Positions 1 through 7,404 of a stretch of 64,000 nucleotides of DNA are shown one piece after another (the stretch's first letter is position 1; each line of letters opens with the position of its first letter). The stretch is from contig JAXJCX010000059.1 in NCBI GenBank assembly GCA_036302225.1, positions 7,133 through 71,132 on the forward strand, written 5' to 3'. The position numbers and the translations under genes are program-made. The notes under the pieces are model-generated. The model ran no database searches, was not told the DNA's origin, and worked only from the letters and a program-made list of their open reading frames with translations. The stretch is from Collinsella sp. (GTDB taxonomy: Bacteria; Actinomycetota; Coriobacteriia; Coriobacteriales; Coriobacteriaceae).

Positions 1-353
1 CCCAGCGCAATGACGACAAAGCCCACGAGCGCCATTAAAATCGAGGTATGGACGGCGCGTTTGACCATGTTCTGATCGTTGCGGCCGATAGCGTTGGCGA
101 TGACCACGTTAGAGCCAAGCGACATGCCAATAAACAAGTTGAGCATAAGACTGGTAAGCGGAACATTGGAGCCGACCGCCGCCATGGCGAGGGTTCCCTG
201 GTCACCCGAGAAGTTACCGATAATGACCGTGGCGATGAGGTTCGACAGCTGCTCCAAGATGCTCGTGGCGGCCACGGGGAAGGCGAACAGGGGAACATTG
301 CGCCACAGCGATCCGGTGGTCATGTCAATGTGCTTAGATACGGTGTCAGCCAT
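1..353 (-). CDS. MATE family efflux transporter, N-terminal part (gene continues past the left edge of the window)
   Basis: Absent from the ORF track because it has no stop inside the window. Hand translation of the reverse strand from ATG 353..351 gives MADTVSKHIDMTTGSLWRNVPLFAFPVAATSILEQLSNLIATVIIGNFSGDQGTLAMAAVGSNVPL..., a typical MATE/NorM-type N-terminus. Confidence 0.7.
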   Translation of the reverse strand, partial: MADTVSKHIDMTTGSLWRNVPLFAFPVAATSILEQLSNLIATVIIGNFSGDQGTLAMAAVGSNVPLTSLMLNLFIGMSLGSNVVIANAIGRNDQNMVKRAVHTSILMALVGFVVIAL

Positions 354-417
354 ACGCTCTCAATCTCTAACATGCTCTTTTGTGCTTATTTGCGCAGACG
401 ATGATACTCCTAATCGA

Positions 418-475
418 CTAGTCATTGGGGACGTTCTAAAACGATTACTCATTCAAGAACGTCCCCAATGACTAG
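418..475. repeat. Perfect 20-bp inverted repeat (CTAGTCATTGGGGACGTTCT / AGAACGTCCCCAATGACTAG) with an 18-nt spacer
   Basis: Arms at 418..437 and 456..475 are exact reverse complements. The repeat lies between the divergent MATE and rlmA starts. A third copy of the arm occurs at 38684..38702. Confidence 0.9.
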
Positions 476-531
476 GCGGGGAAGGCGTGCGACAATGGTG
501 GGCGTTGTGTTGTTCGCGCTAAGGAGTTGCC

Positions 532-1347
532 ATGTTGTTGTGTCCCGTTTGCCATGAGCCGCTGGTGGATGACGAACGCGGTGCTGCATGCGCGGGTGGG
601 CACCGGTTTGACCGTGCGCGCGAGGGCTATCTATATCTCCTGCGCTCGTCCAAGAGCGGCGACTCCATGGGCGATCCCAAGTCGCAGGCACGCAGCCGTC
701 GCGACTTTCTGAACCGCGGTTACTATGCGCCGTTGCGCGATGCGATGGTCGAGCTGGTGCGCGAGCGGGTGTCTGGACGTGCCGCGTCTACGAACTGCCC
801 CATGACGTTGCTCGATATTTGCTGTGGCGAGGGCTATTACACCAGCGCCATGGGTGCGGTGCCGGGCGTGGATGCTTACGGCTTTGACCTGGGCAAAGAG
901 ATGGTGCGCCTTGCCGCCAAGCGCGGCGATGCGACCTATTTCGTGGCCAACATGAAGGACATCCCCGTGGCCGATGGCACCTTCGATATGGTGACCGAGC
1001 TCTTTGCTCCCTTTAACGAGCGTGAGTTTTCTCGCGTGCTGGCGCCAGAGGGCTCGCTCTACACCGTGGTGCCGGGTGCCCGTCATCTGTTTGGGCTCAA
1101 GGAGGTACTCTACGACACGCCGTACCTTAACGATGAGAAGCTGCCGAAGACCACCGAGCTCGAGTTGGTCGGAACGCGGCGGGTGTCTGCGAACATTACG
1201 CTCCAAACCCAGGCCGACATCGAGGCGGTGTTCCAGATGACGCCGTACTACTACCGCACGCGCCCTGCCGATAAAGAGCGCCTGGCAAACTTGGACACCC
1301 TTCAAACCGACATCGACTTCATCATCGCCGAGTACCGCCACAGCTAA
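532..1347 (+). CDS. rlmA: 23S rRNA (guanine745-N1)-methyltransferase RlmA
   Basis: N-terminal Zn-ribbon CPVCHEPL...GHRFDRAREGYLYLL, then LDICCGEGYYT SAM motif. Collinear with E. coli RlmA(RrmA) as I recall it. RBS AAGGAG sits 6 nt upstream of the ATG. Confidence 0.85.
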   Translation: MLLCPVCHEPLVDDERGAACAGGHRFDRAREGYLYLLRSSKSGDSMGDPKSQARSRRDFLNRGYYAPLRDAMVELVRERVSGRAASTNCPMTLLDICCGEGYYTSAMGAVPGVDAYGFDLGKEMVRLAAKRGDATYFVANMKDIPVADGTFDMVTELFAPFNEREFSRVLAPEGSLYTVVPGARHLFGLKEVLYDTPYLNDEKLPKTTELELVGTRRVSANITLQTQADIEAVFQMTPYYYRTRPADKERLANLDTLQTDIDFIIAEYRHS

Positions 1348-1350
1348 CAA

Positions 1351-1383
1351 CCTGCCAAAAAGGGACAGGTTTGTTTTGGTAGG
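1351..1383 (+). terminator. GGGACAG-loop hairpin, copy 1 (3' of rlmA)
   Basis: cctgccaaaaagggacaggtttgttttggtagg: 10-bp stem (one G-U) around AAGGGACAGG. Near-identical to copy 6 at 21964. Confidence 0.6.
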
Positions 1384-1401
1384 TTTTGTCTGGGCAAACG
1401 T

Positions 1402-1440
1402 AAAGGGCCGACCGCGGAGATGCGCGATCGGCCCTTTTTA
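1402..1440. terminator. GC-rich hairpin between convergent rlmA and membrane-protein gene
   Basis: aagggccgaccgcg-gagatg-cgcgatcggccctt followed by TTTTA. T-rich on both sides, so possibly a bidirectional intrinsic terminator. Confidence 0.6.
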
Positions 1441-1475
1441 GTTGCTTGGCTGCAGAGGTTATGAGAAGCGAGCGC

Positions 1476-1877
1476 TTACAGGCGGTCCTTGTTCTCGGCC
1501 TTAACGGCGTGTGCCTGCTGAACAAAGAACAGGTCGTAGACCACGATGACAAAGGCGACGATATTGACGGAGCTGCCGCCGAGCGCGGGAAGCGTGAGCG
1601 CGGCCTGCGCAATCGTGGCGATTGCGGCAACGATGCCGAGCTTAAACGCACCATCCACCTGCGAAGGCTTGTTGGCGCCCTTGATGCCCGCAACGCCCGC
1701 GGCGAGATCGATGAGGCCCTTGGCGACCAGCACGACCGCGGCGAGCATGGCGTTCGACCCGTACGTGGAATCGAGGTTGCCGGTCGCGATGCCGACGCCG
1801 GCGATGACGAGGCTGGCGATGCCCAAAACAAAGTAGACGAGGGCAAGGATTTTGAGAGTCTTGCGAGCGGAACTCAT
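1476..1877 (-). CDS. Small integral membrane protein (hypothetical)
   Basis: ORF 1476..1946, trimmed to the internal ATG giving MSSARKTLKILALVYFVLGIASLVIAGVGIATG... Four hydrophobic segments. No recognisable family. Confidence 0.55.
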   Translation of the reverse strand: MSSARKTLKILALVYFVLGIASLVIAGVGIATGNLDSTYGSNAMLAAVVLVAKGLIDLAAGVAGIKGANKPSQVDGAFKLGIVAAIATIAQAALTLPALGGSSVNIVAFVIVVYDLFFVQQAHAVKAENKDRL

Positions 1878-2110
1878 GACTGGTCCTTTCGATACGAGTA
1901 CGTCAATCTGACGTACCCCATGTGCTGCACATATGGTGAAGCACATTGTAGTTCAACGCGGCGATGCATGCGCCTGAAAGCGCTTTGACCCCGCGCAGCC
2001 TACCCCAACCTTTCAAAAAGGAAAGCTGGACGTAAGCCAAATCGATGGCAGCCCATGTGCGGCGCTGCGATGATGAGGCCGTAACAAGGAGCTGGTCTCA
2101 AGGAGGAGTC

Positions 2111-2254
2111 ATGATGTACGGAGCAGGGCAAGTGCGTGAGCCGCGGTCGTTGGGAAGGCGCATGGGTGATTCTGTGATCGCTGCCGTGTGCACGGGATTG
2201 ATGGCGGTGCTTTGCATTGGGATGCTGTGGGCCATGTCGCATGTGGGACAATAG
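2111..2254 (+). CDS. 47-aa small membrane protein (hypothetical)
   Basis: Strong RBS AAGGAGGAG 3 nt before ATGATG at 2111. Product MMYGAGQVREPRSLGRRMGDSVIAAVCTGLMAVLCIGMLWAMSHVGQ has one TM helix. Confidence 0.45.
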   Translation: MMYGAGQVREPRSLGRRMGDSVIAAVCTGLMAVLCIGMLWAMSHVGQ

Positions 2255-2317
2255 CGGACGGTTGGGTGCTGGCATGAACGGCGCTCACGTATTCGTTTTG
2301 CTTGTTAAGGAGTACCC

Positions 2318-3022
2318 ATGGGTGTCGTCGATCCCTTTCCTGTTGCTCGGGCCGCGGGGCTTGAGCTGACCGGGAAGTCCGAGGGCCTCACGCTCACCGA
2401 CGGCACGATGGAGCTGCGTGCCGATTTTGGCCGCATGCTGCCGCGACTCAAGCAGGGCCGTCTGCAGCAAGAGCTGTTGGTGAAGGCTGCGCGCACAAAG
2501 GGCATCGAGCGACCATGGGCGATTGACGCTACGGCAGGCTTTGGCGAGGATTCGCTGCTGCTGGCGGCCGCGGGCTTTACCGTCGATCTGTATGAGCAGG
2601 ATTGCGTGATCGCGGCACTCCTCAAGGATGCCTTGGATCGCGCGGCAGATGATCCGGCGCTTGCGGTTGCCGTGTCGCGTATGCGCTTACATGCGGGCGA
2701 GGACAGCATTGCCGGCCTTCGCCATACAGCTGAGCTGATCGGGCAGGGCGAGCTTGCCGCTCCCGACGTGGTGTATCTGGACCCCATGTTTCCCGGGCGC
2801 ACCAAGAGCGCGGCGGTTAAAAAGAAGTTCCAACTCTTGCACCATCTGGAACAGCCGTGCGCCGATGAGGAGACGCTGGTCGAAGCTGCGCTTGCGGTGC
2901 ATCCGCGCAAGGTGGTTATCAAGCGACCGGTGAAGGGGCCGCTGCTTGCCGGCGTTAAGCCGAGCTATCAACTTGCGGGCAAGGCCGTTCGCTACGATGT
3001 TTTGGTGCCGCCGCACCCGTAG
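2318..3022 (+). CDS. rsmJ: 16S rRNA (guanine1516-N2)-methyltransferase RsmJ
   Basis: Motifs IDATAGFGEDSLLLAAAGF, VVYLDPMFPGRTKSAAVKKKFQ and VVIKRP match E. coli RsmJ/YhiQ as I recall it. RBS AAGGAG is present. Confidence 0.8.
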   Translation: MGVVDPFPVARAAGLELTGKSEGLTLTDGTMELRADFGRMLPRLKQGRLQQELLVKAARTKGIERPWAIDATAGFGEDSLLLAAAGFTVDLYEQDCVIAALLKDALDRAADDPALAVAVSRMRLHAGEDSIAGLRHTAELIGQGELAAPDVVYLDPMFPGRTKSAAVKKKFQLLHHLEQPCADEETLVEAALAVHPRKVVIKRPVKGPLLAGVKPSYQLAGKAVRYDVLVPPHP

Positions 3023-3070
3023 CTTGCGCGCGATAGCTGGCGCTCCGTCAGTGCCGTGCCGAAGCGGCGC

Positions 3071-3367
3071 CTATTTCCAAGGGTGCGACGTCAGGTGCCA
3101 TCCGCCGCAGTATTCGCATTTGTAGCAGGCCAGCCCGCGGCGTCCGCGGTTTTCGCAGTCGGCCATAACTGCCTCGGCCTCGGCACGCGTGTCGTAACGG
3201 TTTTTGCGCTCGCACGACTTGTAGCGCCAGGCTTCATCGCGCTCGGCGTCCAGGGCGTCGCGGCGCTCGTCCTCGCGTGCAAACAGGTCGCTCATATCGC
3301 CGCCGGTGGCAGCGCCTAAAAACTCGCTTTTGGCCTTTGACCAGGCGGCTCGCTTTTTGCTTCCCAT
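3071..3367 (-). CDS. Small hypothetical protein with C-terminal CxxC..C zinc-ribbon-like motif
   Basis: 98-aa ORF. C-terminus reads ...GLACYKCEYCGGWHLTSHPWK, with a charged helical N-terminal half. No family recognised. Confidence 0.5.
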   Translation of the reverse strand: MGSKKRAAWSKAKSEFLGAATGGDMSDLFAREDERRDALDAERDEAWRYKSCERKNRYDTRAEAEAVMADCENRGRRGLACYKCEYCGGWHLTSHPWK

Positions 3368-3444
3368 CTGCTTCGCGCCCTTCTCAAAACGTTGGTATCA
3401 TTGCTCAATCAAAGTGATACCAATAAACGTGAGGTCGCCGCGTG

Positions 3445-3933
3445 ATGATCAGAAAAACCCTCGATACCGACACTCCCGCCGTCATGGCTATCTATGACGT
3501 GGCCCGCGCCTTTATGCGCGCGCATGGCAACGCCACGCAGTGGCCCGAGGGCACGCCTTCGGCCGAGCAACTGGCTGCCGATATTGCCGCTGGTGGCAGT
3601 TATGTGTGCGAAGTCGACGGTCGCGTGGTGGCGACGTTTGCCTTTTTACCGGGTCCGGACGAGTGCTATGACGTCATTGAGGACGGTCAATGGCGCAGCG
3701 ACACTCCGTACGCCGTGCTGCACCGTGTGGCGTCCGATGGCACCGCGCACGGCATCGCGGCTGCGATGTTTGCCTTTGCCAAGGAGCGCGCCAACCACCT
3801 GCGTATCGACACGCATCAGGATAACCTGCCCATGCAGGGTGCGAGTATTAAGGCGGGGTTCGAGCGTGCCGGCGTCGTGTATGTGTCGGACGGCACGCCG
3901 CGTGTTGCGTTTGACTGGCTGCGCGAGGCATAA
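3445..3933 (+). CDS. GNAT family N-acetyltransferase
   Basis: 162 aa. ...VDGRVVATFAFLPG...VLHRVASDGTAHGIAAAMFAFAKERANHLRIDTHQDNLPMQGASIKAGFERAG is a typical GNAT core. The ORF track starts at GTG 3442; ATG 3445 is preferred. Confidence 0.75.
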   Translation: MIRKTLDTDTPAVMAIYDVARAFMRAHGNATQWPEGTPSAEQLAADIAAGGSYVCEVDGRVVATFAFLPGPDECYDVIEDGQWRSDTPYAVLHRVASDGTAHGIAAAMFAFAKERANHLRIDTHQDNLPMQGASIKAGFERAGVVYVSDGTPRVAFDWLREA

Positions 3934-3960
3934 GAGCGAGGGCTCATATCAATAATTCGT

Positions 3961-4000
3961 GCGAACGAAAATGGCCCCGGGTGGGGCTATTTTCGTTCGC
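3961..4000. terminator. Long hairpin 3' of the GNAT gene
   Basis: gcgaacgaaaatggcccc-gggt-ggggctattttcgttcgc: ~17-bp stem with one mismatch. Confidence 0.6.
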
Positions 4001-4187
4001 TGCACTGTTTTGCAAGCCGGCTTTCGCAAGGCGCGAACCTACGAAAATCGCCGCGCGGCAACGCGGGGCGATGAGCTCGGTCGAGGGATAGGGCCCGCTT
4101 CGCCCGCCGGCCCGTAAATTGTATCATCCAGTGTGGAGCGTGAACGCCCGTTGCTGCGTGCGATGGGCTTGTAATAAGAGGAGAGCC

Positions 4188-6191
4188 ATGTCGAAGCAAG
4201 CGGTCGTTGGAATCTTGGCGCATGTCGATGCCGGCAAGACCACGTTGGCCGAGGCCATGCTGTTCAACGCGGGTCGCATTCGCAAGCGCGGTCACGTGGA
4301 CGATGGCGATTCGCATCTGGATACGAACGAGATTGAGCGCGAGCGCGGCATTACGATTTTCTCGTCGCAGGCCGTACTCGACCACGGCGATACCCACGTC
4401 ATGCTCGTGGATGCACCGGGGCATGTCGATTTTTCTGCCGAGGCGGAGCGCACGTTGCGTGCGCTCGACTACGCGATTTTGGTTGTGGGCGCCAACGATG
4501 GCGTGCAGGGGCACACCGAGACCCTGTGGCGCCTGCTTGCGCGCTATGACATCCCGACGTTCATCTTTATCAACAAGATCGATCTTGAGAACCCTGGTCA
4601 CGATGTACTGCTGGCGCAGCTCGGCCGGCGGCTTTCCGAAGGTTGCCTGGATGCCAACGAACTGCTGACGGGCGGCACCGTTCAGGAGGATGCTGCTGCG
4701 TTAGACGAGGCGGCGCTCGAGGAGTTTCTTGAGGCGGGCGAGCTTTCCTCCGCGACGCTGTCGCGCATGGTTGCTGAGCGCAAGCTCTTTCCCTGCTTTG
4801 CCGGCTCGGCGCTCAAGGACCAAGGTGTGGACGAGCTGTTGGATGGTATATGCGCGCTGATGCGCGAACAGGCGTGGCTCCCGGAGTTTGCCGCCCGCGT
4901 CTACCGTGTGAGCCGCGGGGATCGCGGCGAGCGCTTGGCATGGGTTAAAGTGACCGGCGGCACGCTGCATGCCAAACAGATGATTAGCGGACGTTCCGGT
5001 GCCGAGGCATGGGAGCAAAAGATCGACCAGGTGCGCATCTATAACGGCGAGAAATACGAGCTTGCCCAGGAAGTTGCCGCTGGCGGCATCTGCGCCGTGA
5101 CGGGCCTCGCGCACGTTCGCCCAGGGGACGCCCTGGGCGCGGAACCCGCGTGCGATGCGCCCGTCATTGCGCCGGTCCTCACCTATACGGTACTTCCGGG
5201 CGAACACGATGTCCACGCGGTGTTCAAAGCGCTGACTGAGTTGGCGGACGAAGATCCCATGCTCGGCGTAAGCTGGAACACTCATCTTGAGCAGGTTCAT
5301 TTGCAGTTGATGGGCGCCGTGCAGCTCGAGGTCGTGCAGCGCGTGCTTGCCGATCGTTTTGGCCTTGCGGTCGAGTTTGAACCCGGCGGCATTCTCTATA
5401 AGGAGACTATTTCGCAGCCGGTCGAGGGCGTGGGCCACTTTGAGCCACTGCGCCACTATGCCGAGGTGCATCTGCGTCTGGAGCCGTTGTCAGCGGGTTC
5501 GGGCGTGCAGTTTGGCACCGTGACCTCGACCGACGAGCTCGATCTTAACTGGCAGCGTTTGGCACTCACCAACGCCATGGAGCGCGATCACCTGGGCGTG
5601 CTGACCGGCTCGCCCATCACCGATGTGCGCATTACACTCACGGGCGGCCGCGCGCATGCCAAACACACCGAGGGCGGCGATTTTCGCCAGGCCACGTACC
5701 GCGCGATTCGCCAGGGGCTCATGCAGGCACGTGAGGCCGGCGCGGCGGTGCTGTTGGAGCCGTGGTACCGCTTTGAGCTCGAGGTGCCGGGGGAGTGCGT
5801 GGGCCGGGCGCTCTCGGATGCCACGCGCATGGGTGCCGAGTACGAGCCGCCGACGATGGCGGGCGACCGAGCGAAGCTTGTGGGTCGCGTGCCGGCATCC
5901 GAGGTTCAGGATTATGCGCTGGAGGTGGCTGCCTACACGAGTGGTCGCGGGCATCTGTACCTGGAGTTCGCCGGCTATGCGGCTTGCCATGATGCCGAGC
6001 GCGTCATCGAGACGGCCGCCTATGAGCCCGAGGCCGATCTGTCCAACACGCCCGATTCGGTCTTTTGCTCTCACGGCGCTGGCTACACCGTCAAGTGGTA
6101 CGACGTACCCGCCGCGGCCCACGTAAAGGTCGATCCCACCACCTTCCGCCCCTGGCGAGCAGCAGACGCCGAGTTTTTTGGCCACATGTGA
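4188..6191 (+). CDS. Translation-factor GTPase of the TetM/TetO/EF-G-like family
   Basis: From MSKQAVVGILAHVDAGKTTLAEAMLF (G1), DTNEIERERGITI (G2), VDAPGHVDF (G3), FINKID (G4), then EF-G-like domains II-V. RBS GAGGAGAG precedes ATG 4188; the upstream 23 codons of the ORF are not used. Only distantly similar to Tet(W)/Tet(M) as recalled, so a resistance function is not established. Confidence 0.8.
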   Translation: MSKQAVVGILAHVDAGKTTLAEAMLFNAGRIRKRGHVDDGDSHLDTNEIERERGITIFSSQAVLDHGDTHVMLVDAPGHVDFSAEAERTLRALDYAILVVGANDGVQGHTETLWRLLARYDIPTFIFINKIDLENPGHDVLLAQLGRRLSEGCLDANELLTGGTVQEDAAALDEAALEEFLEAGELSSATLSRMVAERKLFPCFAGSALKDQGVDELLDGICALMREQAWLPEFAARVYRVSRGDRGERLAWVKVTGGTLHAKQMISGRSGAEAWEQKIDQVRIYNGEKYELAQEVAAGGICAVTGLAHVRPGDALGAEPACDAPVIAPVLTYTVLPGEHDVHAVFKALTELADEDPMLGVSWNTHLEQVHLQLMGAVQLEVVQRVLADRFGLAVEFEPGGILYKETISQPVEGVGHFEPLRHYAEVHLRLEPLSAGSGVQFGTVTSTDELDLNWQRLALTNAMERDHLGVLTGSPITDVRITLTGGRAHAKHTEGGDFRQATYRAIRQGLMQAREAGAAVLLEPWYRFELEVPGECVGRALSDATRMGAEYEPPTMAGDRAKLVGRVPASEVQDYALEVAAYTSGRGHLYLEFAGYAACHDAERVIETAAYEPEADLSNTPDSVFCSHGAGYTVKWYDVPAAAHVKVDPTTFRPWRAADAEFFGHM

Positions 6192-6214
6192 CAAGGGGAC
6201 AGCCCCTTTGTCAC
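6188..6214 (+). terminator. GGGACAG-loop hairpin, copy 2 (overlaps the GTPase stop codon)
   Basis: gtgacaagggg-acag-cccctttgtcac. The TGA stop at 6189..6191 lies inside the left arm. Confidence 0.6.
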
Positions 6215-6284
6215 CCGCTGTTGGTATAACTCGGTGTAAGTTGGTATAACTATAGGCAGGGTTTGCCAATCCGAGGAGGCCGAC

Positions 6285-7403
6285 ATGAATCCAAATCCCT
6301 TTAAGCCCACTGCCGGCAAGCGGCCTCCGATGCTCATTGGTCGCGAGTCGGTCATCGAAGATTTCGAGGAAGGGCTCGATAACGGTGCCGGAGCGCCGGG
6401 TAGGCTCATGCTCATTACGGGAAACCGCGGCTGCGGCAAAACGGTTCTCCTGCGAGAGCTACAGCGTTTGGCTAGTAAGCGCGGATGGGCGGTTGTCTCC
6501 GATTCCGCTTCGCTTGGCTTATGCGACCGATTGGCCGATGCGCTTCGCTCGAATAGGCCGGTTGTGACGTCAATGGAGTTCGGTCCGTCGTTTGGCCGGA
6601 TGTCGGTCGAGGCGGCGCGAGCAAAGGGCGAGACGTTGCGAGGGCTGGTCAACGAGCGCCTCAAGAAACTCGGGCCGGGAAAGGGCTTGCTGTTTGCGAT
6701 TGATGAGGCCCAATCTGCGTCTATCGAGGAACTGGCGGCGCTGGCCGTTCTCTATCAGCAGGTGCTCGGAGATCAGGATGCCACGGGCTTGTCCGATAGC
6801 GACCAGCGCGGTCTTGCGCTGGTGTTCGCCGGCTTACCCAGTATGGTTGATGACTTGCTCGAAGAGCCGAGCGTGACGTTTTTGCGGCGTGCTCAGCAGC
6901 GTACGCTGGGGGCGATTTCTTTGCCCAAAGTGCGCGATTCGTATATCCAGACGGTCAAAGACGCTGGTCTTTACGTTGATGCGGAGACGGCGGACCTTGC
7001 GGCGCACAAGAGCATGGGGCATCCCTATATGGTTCAGCTGGTGGGCTATTACATGTGGCGGTCTGCTGTCCGGCGTGGCTCGCAGGTCATTGAAGAGCGC
7101 GATGTTGAGGCTGGGCACGCGGATGCCGTCTCCGAGTTCTACGAAGCGGTTGACGCGCCCCTGTATTACGGGCTGCGCAGTCCACAGCGCCTATTTATCG
7201 AGGCCATGGCAGTTGACGGGGGCAAGCCGACGCGCATGGCGGACATCATTGAGCGCTGCGACCGCACCCAAAGCTGGGCGAGTAAATATCGCGCAAGCCT
7301 GATTCGCGAGCGCGTCATCGAGGCTGCCGGATACGGCCTCGTCCGGTTTACCGTGCCCATGCTGGGCGCGTACATCCGCGAACGCATTTTATGGCACGAG
7401 TAG
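6285..7403 (+). CDS. P-loop ATPase with C-terminal winged-helix-like region (Orc1/Cdc6-like or AAA_16-like architecture)
   Basis: Walker A GNRGCGKTVLL, Walker B LLFAIDEAQ, conserved AGLP and VTFLRRAQQ blocks. C-terminal RLFIEAMAV...TRMADIIERC...YRASLIRERVIEAAGYG looks wHTH-like. RBS GAGGAGG is present. Paralogue of 9950..11050. Confidence 0.75.
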   Translation: MNPNPFKPTAGKRPPMLIGRESVIEDFEEGLDNGAGAPGRLMLITGNRGCGKTVLLRELQRLASKRGWAVVSDSASLGLCDRLADALRSNRPVVTSMEFGPSFGRMSVEAARAKGETLRGLVNERLKKLGPGKGLLFAIDEAQSASIEELAALAVLYQQVLGDQDATGLSDSDQRGLALVFAGLPSMVDDLLEEPSVTFLRRAQQRTLGAISLPKVRDSYIQTVKDAGLYVDAETADLAAHKSMGHPYMVQLVGYYMWRSAVRRGSQVIEERDVEAGHADAVSEFYEAVDAPLYYGLRSPQRLFIEAMAVDGGKPTRMADIIERCDRTQSWASKYRASLIRERVIEAAGYGLVRFTVPMLGAYIRERILWHE

Positions 7404-7404
7404 G

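Noticed and set aside
4119-4187. 23-codon N-terminal extension of the TetM/EF-G-like GTPase ORF
   Set aside because: The conserved GTPase N-terminus begins at MSKQAVVGILAHVDAGKT, directly after a GAGGAGAG RBS. The upstream codons have no RBS and overlap leader hairpins.
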